Assembly (NCBI GenBank): GCA_964462295.1
Contig: CAYWXH010000002.1
Location: 1,303 to 65,302 of the forward strand
Source: an uncultured Atribacterota bacterium
GTDB taxonomy: Bacteria > Atribacterota > JALVIU01
Length of the DNA stretch: 64,000 nt
Direction of reading: 5' to 3'
The translations under genes and the position numbers were made by a program. Positions 17,852-28,254 of the stretch are shown here, one piece after another (the first letter of the stretch is position 1; each line of letters begins with the position of its first letter). The notes beneath the pieces were generated by a model. It was not told where the DNA came from, searched no databases, and saw only the letters and a program-made list of their open reading frames with translations.

Positions 17852-18556
17852 ATGCTTATCCGTGGGGGTTTTGAAGATTCTTCTTATATAACTAATAACC
17901 TTAAATATATTTTTTGGGATAAAATTAAAAGGGAAAGTGCTCGTTTTGATCCCAAAAAAGAGAAGATAATTTCTCAAAAATTAATACCTGTAGAGAGATT
18001 TGACCCTCAAAAGGGAAAAGAGGAAGTAGTTGATGTAAAAGTTATAAATTATGTAGTTACCAAAGATGGTAAAATTCAGGTAGTATTTGAAGGAGAACCT
18101 GTACCTTCTAAAGTGGGTAAGGAAAAGGAAGAAAAGAAGACGGAAAAACTTGATCCGAAAGATAAGAATAAAGACATTGATAAGATGGGGGAAAAGAAAT
18201 CTCAGAAAGATAAAGATATCTCAATTGAAAAGGAAAAAGCTATGACCTATATGTGTTCCAATGGAGAGACAAATGATGGACTCATAACTAAGCTTACCCC
18301 AACAGAAAGCCTAATTCATGTGAGTTTCCATGAACAGCAACATCTTATTGCAAGAAATATAGAGGCATTTTTAAATGATGAGAAGATTTTTCTACAGTAT
18401 ATTAGACTATTTACCCGTATTGACCCTACCACAGGTAAGATATATGTAGCAGGTGGTAGGGCCATTACTATAAAAGGAAAGGTTATTCATCCCCGAAGCT
18501 TATTCCAAGGGCCTTTGCAGCATCCACAAGCTCACACTTATCAGGCACCTTCTTAA
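17852..18556 (+). CDS. Hypothetical K/E-rich protein with an HExxH motif
   Basis: ORF-track ORF with an ATG at 17852. Contains VSFHEQQHLIAR (HExxH) but nothing else I recognise. The 3' end overlaps the convergent pfk gene by 74 nt. Confidence 0.4.
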   Translation: MLIRGGFEDSSYITNNLKYIFWDKIKRESARFDPKKEKIISQKLIPVERFDPQKGKEEVVDVKVINYVVTKDGKIQVVFEGEPVPSKVGKEKEEKKTEKLDPKDKNKDIDKMGEKKSQKDKDISIEKEKAMTYMCSNGETNDGLITKLTPTESLIHVSFHEQQHLIARNIEAFLNDEKIFLQYIRLFTRIDPTTGKIYVAGGRAITIKGKVIHPRSLFQGPLQHPQAHTYQAPS

Positions 18557-19571
18557 GCTTTTTTATTGCATCCTCCAGTCGCACTTTCTCTATATTTCTT
18601 CCTTTTAGTGCTACCATATATCCAAATTGACCTTCCCATGCTAATTTCATAGCCTCCACACCGAATCGTGTAGCAAGTACCCTATCATAAGGAGAGGGGG
18701 ATCCGCCTCTTTGAAGATGACCCAGTACTGTTACCCTTGTCTCAATGTTTGACATGCTTTCAATCTTTTCACCTAAGACATTTCCTACACCACCCAATCT
18801 TATAGGGTCTGAACCTGTTTTTACAATTTTCTTAACTACAAGTTCCCCTTCTTTTTCTTTAGCCCCTTCTGCTATTACTATTATACTGAATCTCTTACCC
18901 TCCTCTTCTCTCTCCCTTATCTTTTTTATTACATTTTCTATTGTATATGGGATTTCCGGGATAAGTATAACATCTGCACCCCCTGCTATACCTGATTCTA
19001 ATGCAATCCAACCGGCATACCTTCCCATAACTTCTATGATCATAACCCTGTGATGAGATTCTGCTGTTGTATGGAGTTTATCTATAGCAAAAGTGGCTGT
19101 CTCAACTGCTGTGTTGAATCCAAATGTTACATCTGTCTCCATAAGATCGTTATCTATCGTTTTAGGTACACCAATTATAGGAATACCTAATTTATAAAAC
19201 TCATAACCAATGGATAGACTTCCATCTCCTCCTATTACTATAAGGGCATCAAATTTATTCTTGTGAAAATTATTGATTGCCCAAGAAGAAAGGTCTTTGT
19301 ATTCTACCTCTCCGCCAATGGTAAATGGTATACGAAATGGGTTATCTCTATTTGTAGTGCCAAGTATTGTTCCACCCTTTGCAATTAATCCAGAAATATC
19401 TTTGGGTTCAAGTTTTTTTACCCTATCTTCCATAAGACCCTTAAATCCATCGAGAACACCATATACCTCTACATTGTACTTGTACATTGCTGATTTTGCT
19501 ATTCCTCGTATTACAGCATTTAATCCAGGGGCATCTCCGCCTCCTGTAAGGACAGCTACTCTTTTTATCAC
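18483..19571 (-). CDS. pfkA: 6-phosphofructokinase (PfkA family), possibly PPi-utilising
   Basis: GGGDAPGLNA, GGDGS and MGRYAGW motifs. The substrate-specificity region reads PKTIDND, with Lys where ATP-PFKs have Gly. Confidence 0.85.
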   Translation of the reverse strand: MIKRVAVLTGGGDAPGLNAVIRGIAKSAMYKYNVEVYGVLDGFKGLMEDRVKKLEPKDISGLIAKGGTILGTTNRDNPFRIPFTIGGEVEYKDLSSWAINNFHKNKFDALIVIGGDGSLSIGYEFYKLGIPIIGVPKTIDNDLMETDVTFGFNTAVETATFAIDKLHTTAESHHRVMIIEVMGRYAGWIALESGIAGGADVILIPEIPYTIENVIKKIREREEEGKRFSIIVIAEGAKEKEGELVVKKIVKTGSDPIRLGGVGNVLGEKIESMSNIETRVTVLGHLQRGGSPSPYDRVLATRFGVEAMKLAWEGQFGYMVALKGRNIEKVRLEDAIKKLKKVPDKCELVDAAKALGISFGDE

Positions 19572-19615
19572 AATAAATCCCTCCTTTTCTGATTTATAAA
19601 ATGTTATTATACTAA

Positions 19616-21433
19616 TTATAACTTATTTTGTAGAAAAATTTTTATTTTTTCTGCAAATTTTTTACCTATTCCTTCCACTTCCATAAGCTCTTTTACAGAT
19701 GCATTCCTTAAATCTTCTATATCTTTAAAGTGTCTAAGAAGTGCCCTTTTCTTTTTTGGCCCTATACCAGGTATTTCGTCAAGGATTGATTGAATAAAGT
19801 TTTTTCCCCTGATCTTTTTGTGATATGTGATAGCAAATCTATGGGCCTCATCTCTTACTCTCTGAAGTAGCCTTAGTGCAGGAGAATATCTAGGGAGAAT
19901 TATAGGTGTACTTTCTTTTATGGTATATATTTCTTCATTCTTTTTTGCAAGTGAAATAATCGGAATATCTATCTTTAAATCTGATAAGGCCCTTTTTGCT
20001 ACATGAAGTTGTCCCGGTCCCCCATCTATTAAGATAAGGTCTGGAAGTGATTTATTTTCCTTTTTTAATCTTTCATACCTTCTTAAAACTACCTCATACA
20101 TCATAGAAAAATCATCTATACCTTCTGTATATCTTATTTTAAATCTTCTATAAGAAGATTTGTCAGGCTCCCCATTTTTAAAACTCACCATACTTGCCAC
20201 GGAATTTGTTCCAAATAGGGTAGAGATATCAAACCCTTCTATTTTTCGGGGTAGGGTAGGTAATTTTAATACATTTTTGAGTTCAAGCATTGCCTCTTCA
20301 TTTCTTGTAATTTTTGTAGTATCAGTTGTGATACTGTTTTTAAGTACCTCCTTTGCATTTAGATGTGCCAGGAGTGAAAGTTCCTTTTCCTTTCCTTTTG
20401 CAACCTTTACACCTTCTTTTATATTTGCATTTTTCTTTAAATTTAAAAGTTCAATCCTATTTTTTATAGATTCTTTATCTACTACTATTTTTTTGGGAAT
20501 ATCTTTCCTTCCTATGTAATACTGTATAATAAATGATTCAAATATCTCTTCTTCCTTTTCTTCTTCTACACCTTCAAGAAGTATATAGTCCCTCTCCTGT
20601 ATATCTCCTTCCCTTATTTTAAACAAAAACATACAACCCTTTTTTTCTTCTCGTTCTAAAACTATAATATCTTCATTTACATTTTTCGTAAGGGAGATGT
20701 TTTGTTTTTCCAATATTTTTTCAAGTTCTACAATTTGATCTCTTATAATCTTTGCCTTTTCAAATGCTAAATTTTCTGCATATTCTAACATTTTATTTCT
20801 AAGTTTTTCTATCAATTTACCCTTTTTATTTTCTAAAAACATTATGGCTTCTTCTACACTTTTTTTATATTCTTCCTCTGTGATCTTTCCAATACATGGG
20901 GCAGAACATAGTCCTATATGCCAATCAAGACATGCATTTTTATATTTTTCTATATTGCCTTTACATCCTCTTAATTTAAAATTTTTCCTTATAAATTTTA
21001 TTGTATAACGTGCAGCTTGGGCATTTGTATAAGGTCCAAAATACCTATTTCCTTTGATTTTTTTTCCTCTTTTAAATGTAATCCTGGGAAACCTTTCCTT
21101 TGTGGTTATTTCTATATATGGGTAACTTTTATCGTCCTTTAGCCGAATATTGTAAAAGGGTTTATATCTTTTTATGAGATTTGCTTCAAGTATTAGGGCC
21201 TCTTTTTCAGATTTTGTTATAATATATTCAAGTTCTTTTGCCTCATTTATCATTCTTTCTGTTTTTGGTGGAAGATAGGAGGCAAAGTAAGAGGATACTC
21301 TATCTTTTAAGGAGATAGCCTTTCCTATGTATATAGGAATGCCATTTTTGTCTTTAAATATATAAACCCCTGGTTTTTTAGGGAGGAATTTTGCTTTTTC
21401 TTTAAGCACCACGGGCAAGCCTTTTCCTTCCAA
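19616..21433 (-). CDS. uvrC: Excinuclease ABC subunit C UvrC
   Basis: GIY-YIG N-terminus ([27 protein letters not shown]), a UvrBC region and a C-terminal HhH ([16 protein letters not shown]). Confidence 0.95.
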   Translation of the reverse strand: MEGKGLPVVLKEKAKFLPKKPGVYIFKDKNGIPIYIGKAISLKDRVSSYFASYLPPKTERMINEAKELEYIITKSEKEALILEANLIKRYKPFYNIRLKDDKSYPYIEITTKERFPRITFKRGKKIKGNRYFGPYTNAQAARYTIKFIRKNFKLRGCKGNIEKYKNACLDWHIGLCSAPCIGKITEEEYKKSVEEAIMFLENKKGKLIEKLRNKMLEYAENLAFEKAKIIRDQIVELEKILEKQNISLTKNVNEDIIVLEREEKKGCMFLFKIREGDIQERDYILLEGVEEEKEEEIFESFIIQYYIGRKDIPKKIVVDKESIKNRIELLNLKKNANIKEGVKVAKGKEKELSLLAHLNAKEVLKNSITTDTTKITRNEEAMLELKNVLKLPTLPRKIEGFDISTLFGTNSVASMVSFKNGEPDKSSYRRFKIRYTEGIDDFSMMYEVVLRRYERLKKENKSLPDLILIDGGPGQLHVAKRALSDLKIDIPIISLAKKNEEIYTIKESTPIILPRYSPALRLLQRVRDEAHRFAITYHKKIRGKNFIQSILDEIPGIGPKKKRALLRHFKDIEDLRNASVKELMEVEGIGKKFAEKIKIFLQNKL

Positions 21434-24245
21434 GCATTTCTCTTAAGAATTCACCAGTATATGAATTTTCTGCCTCTGCTACCTCTTCAGGTGTCCCTTC
21501 TGCTACAATGTATCCTCCTTCGTCACCCCCTTCTGGGCCAAGATCTATTATGTAATCTGCTGTCTTAATTACATCTAAATTGTGTTCTATAACAAGCACA
21601 GTATTTCCCTTATCCACTAGCCTTTGCAGTACACCTAAAAGCTGGTTTATATCATGGAAGTGCAAACCTGTAGTAGGTTCATCTAATAGGTATAGGGTCT
21701 TTCCTGTACTTTTTTTGGAAAGTTCTCGAGATAGTTTTATCCGTTCTGCTTCTCCTCCTGAAAGGGTTACCGCAGATTGACCAAGTTTTATATATCCAAG
21801 ACCTACATCTTTTAGGAGTTTTAGTTTTCTCTCTATAGCAGGGATGTTTTTAAAGAATCTATATGCCTCATCTACCGTCATTTCAAGTACATCTGAGATG
21901 TTTTTTCCTTTATATTTTATTTCAAGAGTCTCTCTATTGTATCTTTTTCCCTTACATACCTCACACTCTACATATACATCTGGTAAAAAGAACATCTCTA
22001 TCTTTATCTGACCCGCTCCTTGGCAGGCTTCACACCTTCCCCCTCTAATATTAAAGCTAAATCTCCCAGGTTTAAATCCCTTCATTTTAGAATCTGGAAG
22101 TTCAGAAAAGAGCCTTCGTATATGATCAAATACTCCTGTATAGGTTGCAGGGTTTGAGCGAGGTGTTCTTCCTATGGGTGATTGGTCTATTATAATAACT
22201 TTATCTATATAAGAAAGCCCTTTTATTTCGCGAAACTTACCAGGTATTACAGGGCTTTTATGGAGTTTTCTCATAAGTGCCTTGTAAATGACTTCTTCGA
22301 GGAGTGTACTTTTCCCAGAACCTGAAACACCAGTGATACAAGTAAGTGTCCCAAGGGGAATCTTTACATCTATATTTTTCAAATTAAATTGAGAAACCCC
22401 TAAAAATTCAAGATATTTCCCGTTTCCCTTTCTTCTATTTTTTGGAATTTTTATCTCTTTTTTCCCCGTAAGATATTGTCCAGTAAGGGATTTTGGATTT
22501 TTCTCTATATCTTTTGGAGGACCTGCTGCCACTATCTCTCCCCCATCTACTCCTGCACCAGGACCAAGGTCTATTATGTAATCTGCTGCCCTTATGGTGG
22601 CCTCATCATGTTCTACTACTATTACTGTATTTCCTAAATCTCTTAAACTCTTTAAGGTGTCAAGCAGTCTTTCATCATCTCTTGGATGAAGTCCTATGCT
22701 TGGCTCATCTAAAATATAGATTACCCCTGTAAGTTTTGAGCCAATTTGGGTAGCTAACCTTATTCTCTGGGCCTCACCCCCTGATAAAGTAGAGGAGTTT
22801 CTATCAAGAGTTAAATATTCAAGACCTACATTTTGTAAAAATTCTAAGCGAGATTTTATCTCTTTAATGATAACTGAGGCTATCTTTTCTTCATATGAAG
22901 TAAGCTTTAATTTGTCAAAAAATATTAAAGCCTCTTTTATCGACATTGAAGCGATATCTGCTATGGATTTACCTCGGATAAGAACTGAGAGTGCTTCTTT
23001 TTTTAGTCTTTTGCCTCCACAGAGGTGGCATGTTTTGTTAATCATATATTTTTCTATTTCTTCCCGTGAGCTTTCAGATTTTGTTTCTTTGTATCTTCTC
23101 ATAAGATTATTAATAATGCCTTCAAAGGTAGAGTAGTATGACCAATTTTCCCTTGTACTTCTATAAGAGAACCTTACCCTTTCGTTTGATCCGTAAAATA
23201 TTATATTTTTTACTTTTTCATCTAGATCCTTAAAAGGTATATCTAAGCTAAATTTATATACCCTTGCAAGACTCTCTAAAAGATAGGTGTAGTATTTACC
23301 CTCTAATTTTCCTATTGGTAAAATGGCACCCTCTCTTATTGTTTTATCTTCATCTGGCACCAAAAGCTTTGGGTCTACCTCCATTTTAAATCCTAAGCCT
23401 CCGCATTCTGGGCAAGCACCATATGGACTATTAAAGGAAAAGAGTCTTGGTGTTATATCTGGCAGTGATATGTTACAATATGGACATGTAAATTTTTCAC
23501 TAAATATAAGGGTTTCCCCATCTTTTATCTGAATTTTTACTACCCTATCTGCAAGGGATAGGGCTGTCTCTATTGAGTCAGCTATAATAGACCTTTCTTT
23601 TTTATCTATAATGAGCCTATCTACAATTACATCTATTTCATGAATTTTATACCTTTCTATCTCTATTTCTTCATCAAGGTCATAAGTTTCTCCATCTATA
23701 TTTACTCTTACAAACCCCTTTCTTTTTAGTTCTTCAAAAAGTTTTTTATATTGTCCCTTTTTTCCTCTTACTACTGGTGCAAGTATTATTATTTTTGTTC
23801 CTTCTCCCAAGTCCATTACCTTATCTACGATCTCATCGAGACTGGATTTTGAAATTTTTCTTCCACATTTAGGGCAATGAGGCTCCCCAATACGTGAGAA
23901 TAAAAGTCTTAGATAATCATATATTTCAGTAATTGTGCCGACAGTGGACCTTGGGTTTTTACTTACCCCTTTTTGATCTATAGATATAGCAGGGGAGAGG
24001 CCTTCTATATATTCTACATCAGGCTTTTCCATCCTATCTAAAAATTGTCGTGCATATGAAGAGAGAGATTCTACATACCTCCTTTGACCTTCTGCATAGA
24101 TTGTATCAAAGGCAAGTGTAGATTTTCCAGACCCTGAAAGTCCAGTAATTACTATAAGTTTATTTCGTGGTATTATTACATCTATATTTTTTAGATTATG
24201 TTCTCTTGCACCTTTTATATAAATAAAGTCCTTAAACTTTTCCAA
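21402..24245 (-). CDS. uvrA: Excinuclease ABC subunit A UvrA
   Basis: 947 aa with two ABC ATPase modules ([10 protein letters not shown] and [10 protein letters not shown]), zinc-finger cysteines and LSGGEAQR signature repeats. Confidence 0.95.
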   Translation of the reverse strand: MEKFKDFIYIKGAREHNLKNIDVIIPRNKLIVITGLSGSGKSTLAFDTIYAEGQRRYVESLSSYARQFLDRMEKPDVEYIEGLSPAISIDQKGVSKNPRSTVGTITEIYDYLRLLFSRIGEPHCPKCGRKISKSSLDEIVDKVMDLGEGTKIIILAPVVRGKKGQYKKLFEELKRKGFVRVNIDGETYDLDEEIEIERYKIHEIDVIVDRLIIDKKERSIIADSIETALSLADRVVKIQIKDGETLIFSEKFTCPYCNISLPDITPRLFSFNSPYGACPECGGLGFKMEVDPKLLVPDEDKTIREGAILPIGKLEGKYYTYLLESLARVYKFSLDIPFKDLDEKVKNIIFYGSNERVRFSYRSTRENWSYYSTFEGIINNLMRRYKETKSESSREEIEKYMINKTCHLCGGKRLKKEALSVLIRGKSIADIASMSIKEALIFFDKLKLTSYEEKIASVIIKEIKSRLEFLQNVGLEYLTLDRNSSTLSGGEAQRIRLATQIGSKLTGVIYILDEPSIGLHPRDDERLLDTLKSLRDLGNTVIVVEHDEATIRAADYIIDLGPGAGVDGGEIVAAGPPKDIEKNPKSLTGQYLTGKKEIKIPKNRRKGNGKYLEFLGVSQFNLKNIDVKIPLGTLTCITGVSGSGKSTLLEEVIYKALMRKLHKSPVIPGKFREIKGLSYIDKVIIIDQSPIGRTPRSNPATYTGVFDHIRRLFSELPDSKMKGFKPGRFSFNIRGGRCEACQGAGQIKIEMFFLPDVYVECEVCKGKRYNRETLEIKYKGKNISDVLEMTVDEAYRFFKNIPAIERKLKLLKDVGLGYIKLGQSAVTLSGGEAERIKLSRELSKKSTGKTLYLLDEPTTGLHFHDINQLLGVLQRLVDKGNTVLVIEHNLDVIKTADYIIDLGPEGGDEGGYIVAEGTPEEVAEAENSYTGEFLREMLGRKRLARGA

Positions 24246-26220
24246 TTTTTATCCCTTCTTTTTTTAATCTTTTTATTTCATCACGGAGAAATGCTGCCTT
24301 TTCAAAATTTAAGTCTCTTGCAGCATCCATCATTTCTTTATAGAGTTCATCTATGAGATTCTCGATATCTGTTTTTTTATCTCTTTTTACATTAATTGCT
24401 TTAAATCCTTTTTCTGTTTTTGTTGTCTCTGACTCTATAAGTTCTGTAATATCAGTTATCTCTTTCCTTATAGTTTCAGGGGTTATACCGTGCTTCTTAT
24501 TGTATTCAAGTTGAATTTTTCGTCTTCTTTCTGTCTCACTTATTGCCTTTCTCATAGAATCAGTTAATCTATCTGCATATAGAATTACCATACCATTTAC
24601 ATTTCTTGCAGAACGTCCCATTGTTTGGATAAGTGCACGTTCCCCCCGTAGGAATCCTTCTTTATCTGCATCTAGTATGGCTACAAGAGTTACCTCTGGG
24701 AGGTCAAGACCCTCTCTTAGTAAGTTTACTCCTACTATTACATCATAGGTCCCCTCTCTTAGCCCCCTTAATATTTTTACCCTATCTATAGTAGAAATTT
24801 CTGAATGTAGATAGTTTACCTTTATTCCTAATTCCAAAAGGTAAGAGCTTAGATCTTCAGCCATCCTTTTTGTAAGTGTGGTTACAAGTACCCTCTCATG
24901 TTTTTTTACTCTTTTTTTAATTTCACTAATCAAATCATCTATTTGCCCCTCACTTGGTCTTACCTCTATTTTGGGGTCAACAAGGCCTGTGGGTCTTATT
25001 ATCTGTTCTACTATTTTTTGGCTTACCTTTAATTCAAAATCACCTGGTGTTGCAGATACAAATATTACCTGGTTTATATGTCCTAAGAATTCTTCAAAGT
25101 AAAGGGGTCTATTATCAAAGGCGGAAGGTAGTCTAAAACCATGATCTATTAAATTTTTCTTTCGAGAGAAATCTCCCCTATACATCCCCTTTAATTGAGG
25201 AATAGTAACATGAGACTCATCAATGAACATAAGAAAATCATCGGGAAAATAGTCAAGTAATGTAGCAGGAGGTTCTCCAGGGGCACGGCCACTTAGATGT
25301 CTTGAATAATTTTCTATCCCTGTACAATACCCTACCTCTTGTAACATTTCAAGGTCATAGTTTGTTCTTTTTTCTAATCTTTCTGCCTCAAGTAGCTTTC
25401 CTTCTTTTCTTAACTCTTTTAATCTCTCCTTTAGCTCTCTTTTTATATTTTTTATAGCACGTTCCAATGCAGGTGGAGAGGTGATGAAATGTTTTGCTGC
25501 AAATATAGATACCTCTTTTACAGGTCGTATCTTTTTACGAGTTATGGGGTCTATCTCTGTAATCCTTTCTATCTCATTTCCAAAAAATTCTATACGGTAT
25601 ATAGAATCTGAATATACAGGAAAGATCTCGAGGGTATCACCCCTTACCCTAAATGTTCCCCTTTTTTGATTGATGTCATTTCTTTCATAAAATAGGCCAA
25701 CAAGGTGTCTTATTAATTCTTTTCTTTCGATGGCCTCCCCTTCTAGTATAGTAATTATTCTTTTTCTATATTCCTCAGGATTTCCAAGGCCATATATGCA
25801 AGATACACTTGCAACTACTATAACATCTTTTCTCTCAAACAAAGAACGTGTAGCAGAATGTCTTAATTTATCTATTTCTTCATTGATATCTGCATCTTTT
25901 TCTATATATGTATCTGTCTGTGGAATGTATGCCTCAGGTTGATAATAATCGTAGTAGCTTACGAAATATTCTACCCTATTTTCAGGGAAAAACCTTTTAA
26001 ATTCAGCAGCCAATTGAGCAGCTAATGTTTTATTATGGGAAATGATCAGGGTAGGTTTTTGATATTTTGCAATAATATTGGCCATAGTAAAAGTTTTACC
26101 AGACCCTGTTACACCTAACAAGGTCTGGTATTTGTAACCTCTTCTAAGACCATCTAAGAGCTCCTCTATAGCCTTTGCTTGGTCTCCTTGAGGCGAAAAT
26201 ATAGGTTTTAATTTAAACAA
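24232..26220 (-). CDS. uvrB: Excinuclease ABC subunit B UvrB
   Basis: [10 protein letters not shown] Walker A, helicase motifs, and a C-terminal UVR domain ([17 protein letters not shown]). Confidence 0.95.
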   Translation of the reverse strand: MFKLKPIFSPQGDQAKAIEELLDGLRRGYKYQTLLGVTGSGKTFTMANIIAKYQKPTLIISHNKTLAAQLAAEFKRFFPENRVEYFVSYYDYYQPEAYIPQTDTYIEKDADINEEIDKLRHSATRSLFERKDVIVVASVSCIYGLGNPEEYRKRIITILEGEAIERKELIRHLVGLFYERNDINQKRGTFRVRGDTLEIFPVYSDSIYRIEFFGNEIERITEIDPITRKKIRPVKEVSIFAAKHFITSPPALERAIKNIKRELKERLKELRKEGKLLEAERLEKRTNYDLEMLQEVGYCTGIENYSRHLSGRAPGEPPATLLDYFPDDFLMFIDESHVTIPQLKGMYRGDFSRKKNLIDHGFRLPSAFDNRPLYFEEFLGHINQVIFVSATPGDFELKVSQKIVEQIIRPTGLVDPKIEVRPSEGQIDDLISEIKKRVKKHERVLVTTLTKRMAEDLSSYLLELGIKVNYLHSEISTIDRVKILRGLREGTYDVIVGVNLLREGLDLPEVTLVAILDADKEGFLRGERALIQTMGRSARNVNGMVILYADRLTDSMRKAISETERRRKIQLEYNKKHGITPETIRKEITDITELIESETTKTEKGFKAINVKRDKKTDIENLIDELYKEMMDAARDLNFEKAAFLRDEIKRLKKEGIKIGKV

Positions 26221-26809
26221 AACTCTCTATCAACTCCTTATAAATCTTTTCTACCTGTTTTTTTGTCTCTTTGGGAGTTCCATTATTGTCTATTATATAG
26301 TCTCCATATTTTACCTTTTCAGAAATGGGTATTTGACTTTTTATCCTTTTTTTTGCTTCTTCGTAAGATATGTTATCTCTTTTCATAAGTCTTTTTATCT
26401 GTGTCTTTTCATCTGTCTGTACTACAATTATTTTATCTACAAGGTTTTGTGCCCCTGCTTCTATGAGAAGAGGGGCATTTATTACAATTACTTTATATTC
26501 TCTTTCTTTCTCTTTTGCCTCTTTTTCTATCTCTTTTAATATTTCTTTATGTGTTATAGTATTTAATTTCTTAAGTGCTGATTCATCATTGAATACTATA
26601 TCTCCTAAACGTTTTCTATCTATCATCCCTTGTGGATGAACTATGGTTGAACCAAACTCCTCTACAAGTCTTCTCCATAGGGGTTTTCCCGGATAGATCA
26701 GTTTATGATAAACCTCATCGGCATCAATAGTATAACAACCCAATTCTTTAAAATACTTAGTTACAAGATTTTTTCCTGTTGCTATACCCCCTGTTACACC
26801 TATCCTCAT
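26213..26809 (-). CDS. coaE: Dephospho-CoA kinase CoaE
   Basis: CoaE-like layout with a C-terminus [51 protein letters not shown]. The Walker A reads [11 protein letters not shown], with Asn in place of Ser/Thr. Confidence 0.85.
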   Translation of the reverse strand: MRIGVTGGIATGKNLVTKYFKELGCYTIDADEVYHKLIYPGKPLWRRLVEEFGSTIVHPQGMIDRKRLGDIVFNDESALKKLNTITHKEILKEIEKEAKEKEREYKVIVINAPLLIEAGAQNLVDKIIVVQTDEKTQIKRLMKRDNISYEEAKKRIKSQIPISEKVKYGDYIIDNNGTPKETKKQVEKIYKELIESFV

Positions 26810-28251
26810 TAACTTACCTTAAAGTTTTTTACTTTTTTGTAAAGCTCAATATATTCATTAGCTGATCTATTCCAGGAATAATCAGCCCTCATTCCATTTT
26901 TCTGACAAATTCTCATCTTTTCGGGGTTCTTGTATAACTCTACAGCCCTTCTTATAGCATCTACTAAAGTATCTTTGGAGTATTTCTCAAATACTATGCC
27001 ATTTCCCTCTCCTTTTTCTAGGTCAAATGGAATAACTGTATCTGCAAGCCCACCGGTCTTTCTTACAACGGGCACAGTTCCATATCTTAAAGATATAAGC
27101 TGTCCAAGGCCGCATGGTTCGAATTTTGAAGGCATGAGGAAGAAGTCTACCCCGGCATATATCCTTCTTGCAAGATGTGGGTCAAACATAATATGTGCCC
27201 GTAATTTATCTGGATATTTATTTACCATCTCCTTAAGGGCAATATGATATTTTTCATCTCCAGTTCCCAAAATTATAAATTCTAAATCAAGTGCCATTAT
27301 CTCATTAATCCCTTCGAGTAGTATGTCAAGACCCTTTTGATCCACTAGCCTTGATATAAGCCCAAATAGTGGTATGCTATCAGGAGAAGAAAAGCCATTT
27401 TCTTCCTTTAAGGCCCTTTTATTTTCTATCTTTTTTTCTATTGTTTCCACACTATAATTTGCTTTAATATCTTTATCTGTTTCTGGGTTCCATACCTCAT
27501 AATCAATTCCATTTACTATACCAAATAATCTATCTTTTTTAGAAAGTAAAACCCCTTCTAGTCCTTCACCATATTCTGGTGTTTGAATTTCTTTTGCATA
27601 TGTTTTACTTACTGTATTTATTGCCTCAGAAAATATTATACCACCTTTCATTATATTTACATTTCCATAATATTCTAACCCATCCATTTGAAATACAGAC
27701 CATGGGAGATTTGCTACCAGGATATGTTCTTTATCAGTTATTCCTTGATATGCAAGATTATGTATGGTGTATAAGGTGCCTGTCTCTTTAAAAAATTCAT
27801 CCTTTGCATAGAGTGTTTTTAGATATACAGGGATAAGGCCTGTTTGCCAGTCATTTGCATGAATTACATCTGGTACAAATTCCATTCTCTTCATTGCCTC
27901 TATAACTGCCCTTGAAAAAAAGGTGTATCTTTCTGGGTCATCATAGTATCCATATATGTTATCCCGACCGAAGTACTCTTCGTTTTCTACAAGGAAGACT
28001 TGGATTTTTTCACCAATTCTTCCCTCCCATATATGTGCATTTTTTATAGTATCTTTTATAGGAACACTTATAAAAGGTACTGTCCTTTTTAAGGAAAATT
28101 TCTCCTCACTTATATTTTTGTATTTTGGGAGAAATACCTTGACCTCAATCCCATTTTTTTCTAGTGCCTTTGGAAGCGATCCCGCTACATCTGCAAGTCC
28201 TCCAACTTTTGCAAAAGGAACTACTTCACTCGAAATAATTGCTACCTTCAT
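26809..28251 (-). CDS. glgA: Glycogen (starch) synthase GlgA
   Basis: N-terminus MKVAIISSEVVPFAKVGGLADVAGSLPKAL. GT-B C-terminal motifs (PSKFEPCGLGQLISLRYGTVPVVRKTGGLADTV). Confidence 0.9.
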   Translation of the reverse strand: MKVAIISSEVVPFAKVGGLADVAGSLPKALEKNGIEVKVFLPKYKNISEEKFSLKRTVPFISVPIKDTIKNAHIWEGRIGEKIQVFLVENEEYFGRDNIYGYYDDPERYTFFSRAVIEAMKRMEFVPDVIHANDWQTGLIPVYLKTLYAKDEFFKETGTLYTIHNLAYQGITDKEHILVANLPWSVFQMDGLEYYGNVNIMKGGIIFSEAINTVSKTYAKEIQTPEYGEGLEGVLLSKKDRLFGIVNGIDYEVWNPETDKDIKANYSVETIEKKIENKRALKEENGFSSPDSIPLFGLISRLVDQKGLDILLEGINEIMALDLEFIILGTGDEKYHIALKEMVNKYPDKLRAHIMFDPHLARRIYAGVDFFLMPSKFEPCGLGQLISLRYGTVPVVRKTGGLADTVIPFDLEKGEGNGIVFEKYSKDTLVDAIRRAVELYKNPEKMRICQKNGMRADYSWNRSANEYIELYKKVKNFKVS

Positions 28252-28254
28252 AAT

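Noticed and set aside
17852-18556. Calling the HExxH ORF a zinc metalloprotease
   Set aside because: A lone HExxH pentapeptide occurs by chance. There is no third zinc ligand and no Met-turn context, so it is left as hypothetical.
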